DNA of 31,033 nucleotides from Bdellovibrionales bacterium (lineage in GTDB: Bacteria > Pseudomonadota > Alphaproteobacteria > UBA9219), in NCBI GenBank assembly GCA_050248075.1, contig JBFWTA010000001.1:1-31033 (forward strand), given 5' to 3'. This document shows, in pieces, positions 1-7,639 of this stretch. Under the pieces are notes generated by a model that saw only the letters and a program-made list of their open reading frames with translations, was not told the origin of the DNA and made no database searches. Made by a program: the position numbers and the translations under genes. Each line of letters starts with the position of its first letter. The stretch's first letter is position 1.

Positions 1-47
1 GCGCCAGAGCGGCATCTAGGCTTTTTCCTTAACCATAGACGGCGATA

Positions 48-76
48 TTGCCTCGGTCCCCGCGCGCCCCTATAGT
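48..76 (+). promoter_or_regulatory. sigma70-type promoter of tRNA-Pro (TTGCCT-N17-TATAGT, GC-rich discriminator)
   Basis: TTGCCT at 48-53, TATAGT at 71-76, 17-bp spacer, followed by GCCCGCAC; lies 19 nt upstream of the tRNA. Confidence 0.65.
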
Positions 77-95
77 GCCCGCACTCCAACACGGC

Positions 96-172
96 CGGAG
101 CATAGCGCAGCCTGGTAGCGCATCAGTCTGGGGGACTGGGGGTCGTGGGTTCAAATCCCGCTGCTCCGACCA
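96..172 (+). tRNA. tRNA-Pro (anticodon GGG), CCA encoded
   Basis: 77-nt cloverleaf: acceptor CGGAGCA/TGCTCCG, D arm GCGC/GCGC, anticodon stem TCAGT/ACTGG with loop CTGGGGG, T arm GTGGG-TTCAAAT-CCCGC, ends ACCA. Confidence 0.97.
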
Positions 173-301
173 TTTTTGTAAAAATACTTGGGTTTTCTAA
201 ATTTGCTTCAGCTTGTGATTTGCGCAATCAGGCAAGTCCAGCAATCGCCAGAAAGCCGGACGACACGAAACTGGCGGCGGGGAAAAACACATGCGGCTTG
301 C

Positions 302-550
302 CTAAAGTCCTTTCCACAGCTCCGACAACCGCAGGCATTCGAGACTAAGCCACGCATCGGGGACCGGGCAGGCCAGTTTCCACGAAAGCAGCAGACCGAG
401 CAGCACAACAATATACATCGCCCCGATGATAATGCCGAAGAACCGGGCGTTGGCCGCCGGTTTTCCGGTAACCCATCCCCATCGGTGCGCTATTCCCGCC
501 ATCAGCAACAGGAACAGGAGAGCAAGGAAAGCGATCATGGCCTCGTTCAT
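302..550 (-). CDS. small hypothetical membrane protein (82 aa, two hydrophobic segments)
   Basis: C-terminal part of ORF 302..718 from MNEAMIAFLALLFLLL; AAGGAAG precedes ATG at 550; no recognisable family. Confidence 0.45.
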   Translation of the reverse strand: MNEAMIAFLALLFLLLMAGIAHRWGWVTGKPAANARFFGIIIGAMYIVVLLGLLLSWKLACPVPDAWLSLECLRLSELWKGL

Positions 551-631
551 TTTTCGCGCTTCCTTTTCGTTACCGGCGGCCCGGTGCCGGAGGGGCTGGC
601 GCAACCATATGGAGCGGCGATGCGGAAGGGT

Positions 632-645
632 TTGACGGATGTCAA
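632..645. promoter_or_regulatory. CRP/FNR-family (FixK/FnrL-like) box TTGAC-N4-GTCAA
   Basis: Perfect inverted repeat TTTGAC-GGAT-GTCAAA (631-646) in the intergenic gap between divergent ORFs. Confidence 0.45.
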
Positions 646-766
646 AAAGCAAATAATGCTGCCATGGCGCGCGTCCGCCCGTTTCTTGTTCCGGCCTGCG
701 GATAGTGATAGCTTGCACCGGAAGATTTTCCGCAATCCTGAAATCCGTTATAGCGAAAGTCAGCCC

Positions 767-1141
767 ATGCGCGCCGGTTTCGTCCTCGCGATTGTTTTTG
801 CCGTTCTGGCGTTCTGCCCGGCACAGGCGGCAAGGGCGGCAGAGACGGAACCGGCGCCTCGCGCGGAGCCGGAAGCGCGGCGCTGTACGATGCCGTCGGC
901 GAAGCTGCTTATGCCGAACGACGCCGGAACGTCGTCCGGAACCCTGACCTCCATCAAGGCCGGCATAAGCGTCTATTTCAAGGGGCTCGGTAACTATGTA
1001 AAATGCCTTACGGCCAAGACGAATGCCGCTTTCCAGGCCATGGGCGACATGCTTGTCCGATGGAAGCTCAAGGCAAGCGCGCTTTTACAAAACACCGGTG
1101 CGCGCAAACCTGCCGCCGAACCGGAAGATCCGGGATCCTGA
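767..1141 (+). CDS. hypothetical secreted protein (124 aa)
   Basis: From MRAGFVLAIVFAVLAFCPAQAARA, a Sec signal peptide with AxA site, within ORF 188..1141; coherent mature region with two Cys. Confidence 0.6.
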   Translation: MRAGFVLAIVFAVLAFCPAQAARAAETEPAPRAEPEARRCTMPSAKLLMPNDAGTSSGTLTSIKAGISVYFKGLGNYVKCLTAKTNAAFQAMGDMLVRWKLKASALLQNTGARKPAAEPEDPGS

Positions 1142-1170
1142 TGACGCCCGCGCCGAGGCGCCCTGAATAT

Positions 1171-1638
1171 TTATTCGGTTCTCCACGGCATGATCGGTAC
1201 CGCCGAGAGCGAGTTTTTCGGCGAACCTTCGATGATCTTGTCGGAGTAGGTCAGGTATACAAGGGTATTGTTGGCCTTATCGTAAAAACGCACTACCTGA
1301 AGTTTCTTGAACCAGAACGACCGGCTTTCCTCGAACACTTCCTGGCGGTCCTTGAGGTTCTTGTCGATCGTAATAGGGCCGACCTGCCGGCAGGAAATGG
1401 CGGCTTCCGACGGATCTTCCGCGAGGCCTACGGTTCCCTTCACGCCGCCCGTCTGGGCGCGGCTGATATAGCAGACGACGCCCGGCACCTTGGGGTCGGC
1501 GAAGGAGGCGATGCATATCTTGTCATTGGCGAGTCCCAGCATGCGGAACGTCGTGGACACGCAGCCGAGATCTTCGGCATGCGCCGCCGGTGCCAGGAAA
1601 GCGGCCAGGACAAAAAGAGAAACAAGGAAGCGGCGCAT
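1171..1638 (-). CDS. creA: CreA family periplasmic protein
   Basis: Signal peptide from MRRFLV; CreA-typical DPKVPGVVCYISRAQTGG, EDPSEAAISCRQVGPI, VYLTYSDKIIEGSPKNSLSAVP. Confidence 0.9.
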   Translation of the reverse strand: MRRFLVSLFVLAAFLAPAAHAEDLGCVSTTFRMLGLANDKICIASFADPKVPGVVCYISRAQTGGVKGTVGLAEDPSEAAISCRQVGPITIDKNLKDRQEVFEESRSFWFKKLQVVRFYDKANNTLVYLTYSDKIIEGSPKNSLSAVPIMPWRTE

Positions 1639-1724
1639 GAGGGCCTCGCGGGAATGAAGGGAAGACACAGGCTATGTCTCTCGTTTGCGGTTTGCAACGG
1701 GCGGGACGCCGCCGTCAAAGAGGC

Positions 1725-1763
1725 AAAAAAGAAATTGCGGGCTTCCGCAGAAACCCGCAATTC
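1725..1763 (-). terminator. intrinsic terminator after the OB-fold gene
   Basis: Minus-strand stem AATTGCGGGTTTC/GAAGCCCGCAATT (one U-G pair), 4-nt loop, followed by TCTTTTTT. Confidence 0.75.
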
Positions 1764-1800
1764 CCCACCCCTCTGACAGGGTATCGCGCTTTTGTTCTTT

Positions 1801-2424
1801 TTATTGGTTGCGTATATCGACCTTGGTGGCGTCGATGCTCTTGCCCATCAGACCTTTGTTGACGTAGCCGACGACGGTCACGCCGGAGCCCTTGTGCAGG
1901 GCGGCCGATTCGCTGGACTTGAGCGACACGTCCACGCTGCCGGTCGAATCCTTGAGCGTGAATTTCTTTTCGCTGCTGACATCCTCGACCGTGCCCTGAA
2001 GCTTGACGAGGCCGGAATCGGGCAGCGACTTGATGTTGACCGGTTGTGCGTTCGCGGCCTGATCCTGGCCGGTAACGCTGTCGATGGCTTCGCCGACCTG
2101 CTGGCCGATGGCCTTGTCCTGAGCCACGCTGGTGGCGGCGATGGTCGTGCCGGTAATGCCCTTGTCGACAGTTCCGTTCACGGTGACCTTCTCGCCGTTC
2201 TTGAGAACGACGGATTTGGCCGATCCCATATCCACCTTCACGGTGCCGCTGGAATCGCGGAGAGTGAAGGACTTCTCATTGTTGAATTCCTCGACGGTGC
2301 CGCTGAGCGTGACCTGGCCGCCATCGGGCATATCCTTGACCGCGCTTGCCGTGTTCGCCGCGAGCGCGGTGGAAGAAAGAAGAACGGCAAGGCTTGTAAC
2401 GGCGATTGTTTTTCTGATGTTCAT
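1801..2424 (-). CDS. periplasmic YgiW/YdeI-like (bacterial OB-fold, BOF) protein with two tandem domains
   Basis: Signal peptide; two repeats of the pattern PDxGxVxLxGTVE...EKxFTLxDSxGxVxV...GxxVTVxGxVxKG. Confidence 0.75.
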   Translation of the reverse strand: MNIRKTIAVTSLAVLLSSTALAANTASAVKDMPDGGQVTLSGTVEEFNNEKSFTLRDSSGTVKVDMGSAKSVVLKNGEKVTVNGTVDKGITGTTIAATSVAQDKAIGQQVGEAIDSVTGQDQAANAQPVNIKSLPDSGLVKLQGTVEDVSSEKKFTLKDSTGSVDVSLKSSESAALHKGSGVTVVGYVNKGLMGKSIDATKVDIRNQ

Positions 2425-2552
2425 GGGACTCTCCTGTTACGGATGGGACATAAGCCAACATAAAAAAGGAGCTTTCAAAAAATACCTATGCGGAGTGGCG
2501 GCGAATATATAAAAAACATATAAACAGCCGCCTTAACTTTTAACGGACCGTC

Positions 2553-3002
2553 ATGACACCCAAAGCACGCATGCGCCTTTACGGCATTCTTCTGTTCATG
2601 GCCGGTTTCGGTGCTGCGGCCGGGCTGACTCTTTACGCGCTGAAAGACAACATTTCATATTTCCGCACGCCGAGCGAAATTGCCGGCGGCAACTATCCCG
2701 AGCGCGCCAGCGGACGCGGCATCCGGCTTGGCGGGCTGGTGGAAGAGGGCAGCCTGCGGCGCGCGCAGGAAAGCGGCAAGGGCGAGGACGTAACATTCCG
2801 CGTTACCGATCTCGCGCATACCGTCACCGTCCATTACCGCGGCCTGGTTCCGGATCTTTTCCGCGAAGGGCAGGGCGTGATCGCCGAGGGCAAAATGGCC
2901 CCGGACGGCACTTTTATAGCCCAGCGCCTGCTGGCCAAGCACGACGAAAAATACATGCCGCCCGAGGTCGCGCGCACGCTGCATCGGCCTGAAAAGCCCT
3001 GA
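2553..3002 (+). CDS. ccmE: cytochrome c maturation heme chaperone CcmE
   Basis: N-terminal TM anchor, NISYFRTPSE, IRLGGLV, PDLFREGQGVIAEG, heme-binding LAKHDEKYMPPEV (H-x3-Y). Confidence 0.93.
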   Translation: MTPKARMRLYGILLFMAGFGAAAGLTLYALKDNISYFRTPSEIAGGNYPERASGRGIRLGGLVEEGSLRRAQESGKGEDVTFRVTDLAHTVTVHYRGLVPDLFREGQGVIAEGKMAPDGTFIAQRLLAKHDEKYMPPEVARTLHRPEKP

Positions 3003-3142
3003 CGGCGCCGGGGCGCGGATATTTTTCCGCCTCACTTTTGCCTTGGTGGCGCTGGGATCAGGCCATATTTTCGACGCACAATAAGGGCTCACTTGCCGCG
3101 GGGGCCGCGGGTCCCCGGCAACTCGGGTGCGGGACACAGCAT

Positions 3143-4762
3143 ATGAAGCGCTTTTCGAAAGCCGTCGTTTTCACCGTCGCGGCGCTGGCGCTTCTGCCGC
3201 CCGCGGCGCAGGGGCAGCAGGTGATCTTTCCGGACGATTCCGTGGCGCCGCCGCCGCTTGAGATCGGCGAGCCCGCGATGGCGGCGAATTTCACGGAAGA
3301 GCATCTGGACCAGATGCTGGCGCCCGTCGCGCTTTATCCCGACACGCTGGTCGCGCAAATTCTCATGGCGTCCACCTATCCGCTCGAAGTGGTCGAGGCC
3401 AGCCGCTGGCTGCAGCAGCCGGGTCATGCGCAGCTGCAGGGCGAGGCGCTGGCGGCTGCCGTGGAACCGCAGGCCTGGGACCCAAGTATCAAGGCGCTTA
3501 CCCCCTTTCCGCAAATTCTGGCGATGATGGACAAGAATCTTGAATGGACCGAACAGCTTGGCGACGCGTTTCTGGCGCAGCCGGCGGCGGTGACGGATTC
3601 CATCCAGCGCCTGCGCCGGATGGCGCAATCTTCCGGCCACTTGTCTTCCACGCCCCAGCAGGTCGTGGTGCAGGAACAGAACGCCATTCTCATTATGCCC
3701 GCCGATCCGCAGGTGGTTTACGTGCCGGTTTACGATCCGGGCGTTGCGTATGGCGCTTGGCCGTATGTTGCGTCGCCGCCTTATTACTTCGCGCCGCCGG
3801 CAAGCTATGCATATGCCGGTCCGGGCATCATCGGCTTCGGCGCGCCCGTTACGGTGGTTACGACCCTGTGGGGCTGGGACCGCTGGGACTGGCATCGCCG
3901 CCGTATCGTCATCGACGACCGGCGTTACGAGCGCATCAATCGCGGCCGCCCGCCCCGGGTTTCGGGGCATTGGGTGCATAACCCGCAGCACCGGCGCGGC
4001 GTGCCTTATTCGAATCCGGATGTGCGCGCGAAATATTCCGGCGGGCACCAGGACCGGAACCGTCCCGGCAGCCGCCGGGACCATTCCCCTAACCCGTCGC
4101 CCCAGGCAGTCCAGCCGCAGCCGGCGGTGCCCGACCTTGAGAATATCCACCGCCAGCCGCAGCGCGCGCAGTCGCTGGGCCGCGAACGCCAGTCGCGCAT
4201 CCGGCGCGGCGGCGAGCGCGATCCGCAGCCACAGCCAGATGCGCAGCCGCAACCCCAGCCCGCCGATCCGGCCCCGCCGCAAAACCGGCGCCGGCAGGAC
4301 GGGCGGAACTGGCATAACGGCTATAATCCCGCGCGCGGGACCCCGCAGCCCATACCGGCGGCGGTGCATAATGAATTGCGGGCGCCCTTGCAGGGGCGGC
4401 CGGCCCCGGTCGTGCCACCTGCGCCGGTCCGGCAAATCCAAAACAATCCCGAGCGCCCGCAGATGAACCGCGCGTGGCGCCATCAAAATCGGCAAGCCGC
4501 GCCGCAGATGCAGGCGCCGGGCCCGCCGCCCGGGCAACAGGCCCGGCAGCCGCAAAATCCCGACCCGCGAGGGAACGGCCGTCGCGGCGTGCGGCGCGAA
4601 AGGGATAACCAGCCGCAGGCTTCGCCGCAACAACACCCGCAGCAGGCCCGACAACCGCAACCGGCGGAGCAACCTCCCGCACATGACGATAATCGTGGCC
4701 ATGGCAGCCGGCGGGGACATGGCGGCCCGCGCGACGGGGATGGCCGGGGCAACAGGTCTTGA
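3143..4762 (+). CDS. DUF3300 domain protein with long Pro/Gln/Arg-rich disordered C-terminus
   Basis: Signal peptide from MKRFSK; LDQMLAPVALYPDTLVAQILMASTYPLEVVEA, WDPSIKAL, WTEQLGDAFLAQ, VYVPVYDP are DUF3300-typical. Confidence 0.85.
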   Translation: MKRFSKAVVFTVAALALLPPAAQGQQVIFPDDSVAPPPLEIGEPAMAANFTEEHLDQMLAPVALYPDTLVAQILMASTYPLEVVEASRWLQQPGHAQLQGEALAAAVEPQAWDPSIKALTPFPQILAMMDKNLEWTEQLGDAFLAQPAAVTDSIQRLRRMAQSSGHLSSTPQQVVVQEQNAILIMPADPQVVYVPVYDPGVAYGAWPYVASPPYYFAPPASYAYAGPGIIGFGAPVTVVTTLWGWDRWDWHRRRIVIDDRRYERINRGRPPRVSGHWVHNPQHRRGVPYSNPDVRAKYSGGHQDRNRPGSRRDHSPNPSPQAVQPQPAVPDLENIHRQPQRAQSLGRERQSRIRRGGERDPQPQPDAQPQPQPADPAPPQNRRRQDGRNWHNGYNPARGTPQPIPAAVHNELRAPLQGRPAPVVPPAPVRQIQNNPERPQMNRAWRHQNRQAAPQMQAPGPPPGQQARQPQNPDPRGNGRRGVRRERDNQPQASPQQHPQQARQPQPAEQPPAHDDNRGHGSRRGHGGPRDGDGRGNRS

Positions 4763-4782
4763 TCCTGCCGGCAGATTTGGGA

Positions 4783-4798
4783 TGTTTCACGTGAAACA
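4783..4798. promoter_or_regulatory. parS centromere-like site (ParB binding)
   Basis: Exact TGTTTCACGTGAAACA palindrome (extends to 18 bp, 4782-4799), intergenic between convergent genes. Confidence 0.9.
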
Positions 4799-5039
4799 TT
4801 TTATTTTTTCGGGAAATTAACCATATTGCCTGCCGGGCGCATGCGGCGGCAGTTTGTATTCATATATATAAGTAAAGATAAGGAGGTCGGCGCCGGTATT
4901 TTTGGTTTTTGGCGCGAGTGGGGCGCTCCGGTTGTCAATTTATCCTTTATGGGTATTTAAGTCAAGGAAAATTTCGAGGCAACCGCGTTATTTTTTTTAT
5001 GTGCAGGTTGTTGCTGTTTTTAGAGTGCTTGGGAGCACA

Positions 5040-6059
5040 TTACCTCAAGCCGTGCTTGGTTTCATAAATTTTTTTAAACACGTTCCTGATGCGAGATTGC
5101 ATGTCCGGAGGCAACACCCGGATTGCATCGGTGAAATCGACCGAGCGTTCGACTGCAATTGGGACTTTGATGGGCGGGCGTTGATATGCATCTACAAAAT
5201 AGCGGATAGACCCCTCAAGGCCAAAATCCAGAACAGGTAAAAAGGCGACCGCACCGCCCATAAGACCGTTTTGTCCCTTCATATTTTTTGTATCGCTATT
5301 TACGAAATACGATGCGGGCTGAATTCGGGTGAGTTTATTTACGAGACTGTCGCTCGGAGCCTCCATGCTGTCATAGTTGCTGAGCACCCAGTTAACGCCA
5401 TTCTGGCGGATGCTGAGCACCATATGAAGTATATCGTTTTTACCGGTTTCTGTATGGACGCTCTCGCCCATTACAAGCCGCATATTCGAATTATCAAAAT
5501 ACCCCTGCAAGGCCTGAAGCTTTGAAGCTGCATAATCCTTACACGCACCCAATGGAGATTTTCCAGACAGGATCTCCCACGCATCATGAGGTCTGCCAAG
5601 CGTACTAAACTTACTCCAATCAATGATGTAATTGAACACGCCGTTGATGAACATGGCGGTCGTGAGGCGGTCCGGAATCTTTTTCGCCAATATGTTTGCC
5701 TCTGCCCAGATATCAATCCACGGCCCGCAATCGTGTTGCTTGAAGCAGTCTGTAATCTTAAAGTTATCGTCTGTAATATTCTTGCGCAGGATTTTCTGCC
5801 AGTTTCGATAGGTTTGTTCATTGATGTGAAAATTACTGCTTTTGATATCTTTGGGATCTTTCATGACATTGGGCATGCCAGTCGCAAAGCCACCAAATGA
5901 TGTATCGGGTTCACTTGCCCCCGTAGCCACGTGGACGATTTGAAGCGGTGCCAATGGTGTTTCGTCAAGGGCCGCCACGTCATTTGCGGAGGGCGGTACG
6001 CAACCGGCGACAGTGGCAACGAGCAGTGCAGCGCAATTTCTAAAGGCGGACAATTTCAA
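5040..6059 (-). CDS. lipoprotein with a transglutaminase-like cysteine peptidase (BTLCP/LapG-like) domain, divergent; low-GC gene
   Basis: TTG start with GGAGA 6 nt upstream; lipobox VAG-C20; GACKDYAASK (cf. GDCEDYAIAK), LHMVL (cf. AHMVL), WVLSN (cf. LVLDN/S). Confidence 0.7.
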   Translation of the reverse strand: MKLSAFRNCAALLVATVAGCVPPSANDVAALDETPLAPLQIVHVATGASEPDTSFGGFATGMPNVMKDPKDIKSSNFHINEQTYRNWQKILRKNITDDNFKITDCFKQHDCGPWIDIWAEANILAKKIPDRLTTAMFINGVFNYIIDWSKFSTLGRPHDAWEILSGKSPLGACKDYAASKLQALQGYFDNSNMRLVMGESVHTETGKNDILHMVLSIRQNGVNWVLSNYDSMEAPSDSLVNKLTRIQPASYFVNSDTKNMKGQNGLMGGAVAFLPVLDFGLEGSIRYFVDAYQRPPIKVPIAVERSVDFTDAIRVLPPDMQSRIRNVFKKIYETKHGLR

Positions 6060-6323
6060 TGAATATCTCCAATAATACCGGTAAAATATCTGCAGGACAC
6101 TATATTAAAAAACATTGTTTTCATTAATTGCATTTTTTGTCCTGACTTATTGGTTAAATTGAATCGCTTTTGTTTCGATCCATTCAAATGTTTTTTGCCG
6201 GATGAAGCCTTCATGATCGGTAAGACTATTGTTAATTCAACTTAAAATGCGCGTATGGTTAAAAGAGTAGTGACCGTTTTTATCCCCTCCGGCACGCCCA
6301 AGCGTGAAGCCGGGGCGGGCGGT

Positions 6324-7436
6324 TTATCGTTGCGGGGTTTTTGCTGTTTCTATCAGGTAGTCCGCAACAGCATTTCCGTATATCTTCGTGCCTAATTCGT
6401 TCTTGTGCATGTCATGCGGCGTGTTGAACCAGCTTTCTGTTTCCGCATCGCCGGAAGGCTGGGGAAGATAGTCATTTTTCATGTCGACCCAGTTTATCTG
6501 CGGCAGCATGGTTTTCAGCATGGCGAAGGATTTGTCGACCTCAGGCTCCTGGACCTTCGTGTATTCCTTGTATGTCGGATCCAGGAGGAAAACGGCGTCC
6601 GGGTAACTGGCCATGATCATCCGTAAGGATTTTGCCGAAACCTCCGCCGCTTCGGCGGGATCGCCGTACAGCCTGCCGGCAAAAATGGTTTTGGCGACGG
6701 CCTCCGGAGTGAGCCGGGGCTTAAGGCCAAGATCGCCCTTCGTCACGACGGCCAGCACTTCCGGATATATTCCGAACCAGGGCAGCTGGCCAACGAGATC
6801 GCCGACATACTTGTCAATCTGCTGCCTGGACACTTCCGTCTTGTACCCGCGATGATAGGGGCGCCGTATCACGTCTTCCCGGATCATGTTGACGACCAGA
6901 AGATCGACGTCGAAAGGCTTGACCATGTGCTCGACGACGTCGGAAAACTGAACGGTTCCGATTCCATCAAGGCCGAAATTGATGCAGAGCGTGCGGCGCC
7001 CGTTCACATTGCGGCGCCATGTTTCCGAGGCATTCAGGCGGTCCTCGACAATATCCGGCCAGCGGATCGTCGTCATGACGCCGGCGAGAGCCGAATCGCC
7101 GACAAACCCGATGCGAAACTCGTCGTCCGGCTTTTGCAGCGGGAATTCCGCGCGCGCGATCAGGCCGTGGTTGTTGGTGCGATAGTGAAGCGGGAAAGGG
7201 TCTGTTTTCGGGCCGATTTCCATGTTCGCCCGGTATTTGTAGCCCGTATGCACGTCGAAAACGGAATTATTTTGATCGCTTTTGTCCGGCAGGGACGCCA
7301 GGATATTTTCAGTCATTCTGTCTTTTATTTTGTAGTATGAATAAACGCGATACCCTGCCTCGAACAGCGCATATGTGATGAAGACGGACAGGCAGACAAT
7401 AAGAATGTTCGCGAGGACGCTTTGTCGGCCTGACAT
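6324..7436 (-). CDS. membrane-anchored SGNH/GDSL hydrolase-family protein (SxtL-like context)
   Basis: N-terminal TM helix; block I FVGDS, block II NFGLDGIG, block V DMH (DxH) followed by NELG..IYGNAVADYL. Confidence 0.8.
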   Translation of the reverse strand: MSGRQSVLANILIVCLSVFITYALFEAGYRVYSYYKIKDRMTENILASLPDKSDQNNSVFDVHTGYKYRANMEIGPKTDPFPLHYRTNNHGLIARAEFPLQKPDDEFRIGFVGDSALAGVMTTIRWPDIVEDRLNASETWRRNVNGRRTLCINFGLDGIGTVQFSDVVEHMVKPFDVDLLVVNMIREDVIRRPYHRGYKTEVSRQQIDKYVGDLVGQLPWFGIYPEVLAVVTKGDLGLKPRLTPEAVAKTIFAGRLYGDPAEAAEVSAKSLRMIMASYPDAVFLLDPTYKEYTKVQEPEVDKSFAMLKTMLPQINWVDMKNDYLPQPSGDAETESWFNTPHDMHKNELGTKIYGNAVADYLIETAKTPQR

Positions 7437-7639
7437 GATGTTTTCGTTCGGATATGTGCCGGAAGGCCGGCGAATGACGATGCGGCAAGATCATGGAACC
7501 GCCCTGCTTTGTCAAGCCGGCGCCGGGACCGGCCCGGATTTTCTACGATGCAGGGGTGTTGACATGTCCCGGCGCACAGGATTAAAGCCGCTGTTGCGGA
7601 GCGTCAAAAATCGTCCTTTCCGTTGCCCGGGGTTTCGTC

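Noticed and set aside
246-276. Hammerhead ribozyme suggested by CGAAAC
   Set aside because: The CUGAnGA core is absent.
319-326. GCTCCGAC matching the tRNA 3' end (163-170) as a possible att-site duplication
   Set aside because: Only 8 bp, about 150 nt from the tRNA, with no integrase in the window; compatible with chance.
188-766. N-terminal part of the 317-aa ORF 188..1141
   Set aside because: Non-protein-like composition, and it overlaps the opposite-strand membrane ORF; the real gene most likely starts at the signal peptide at 767.
3089-4720. 543-aa antisense ORF over DUF3300
   Set aside because: Arg-rich with no motif; a typical stop-poor shadow frame of a GC-rich gene.
4089-4799. Minus-strand ORF starting MFHVKH (236 aa)
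   Set aside because: MFHVKH is simply the parS palindrome translated; the rest is the antisense shadow of the low-complexity DUF3300 tail.
4800-5039. oriC in the AT-rich gap beside parS
   Set aside because: No cluster of DnaA boxes was seen and the gap is short; parS alone does not define the origin.
4902-5240. 112-aa plus-strand ORF in the low-GC gap
   Set aside because: No motif or proper start context, and it overlaps the 3' end of the peptidase gene antisense.
6232-6245. TTAA-TTCAAC-TTAA as a CtrA full site
   Set aside because: The spacer is 6 nt, not 7, in very AT-rich DNA.
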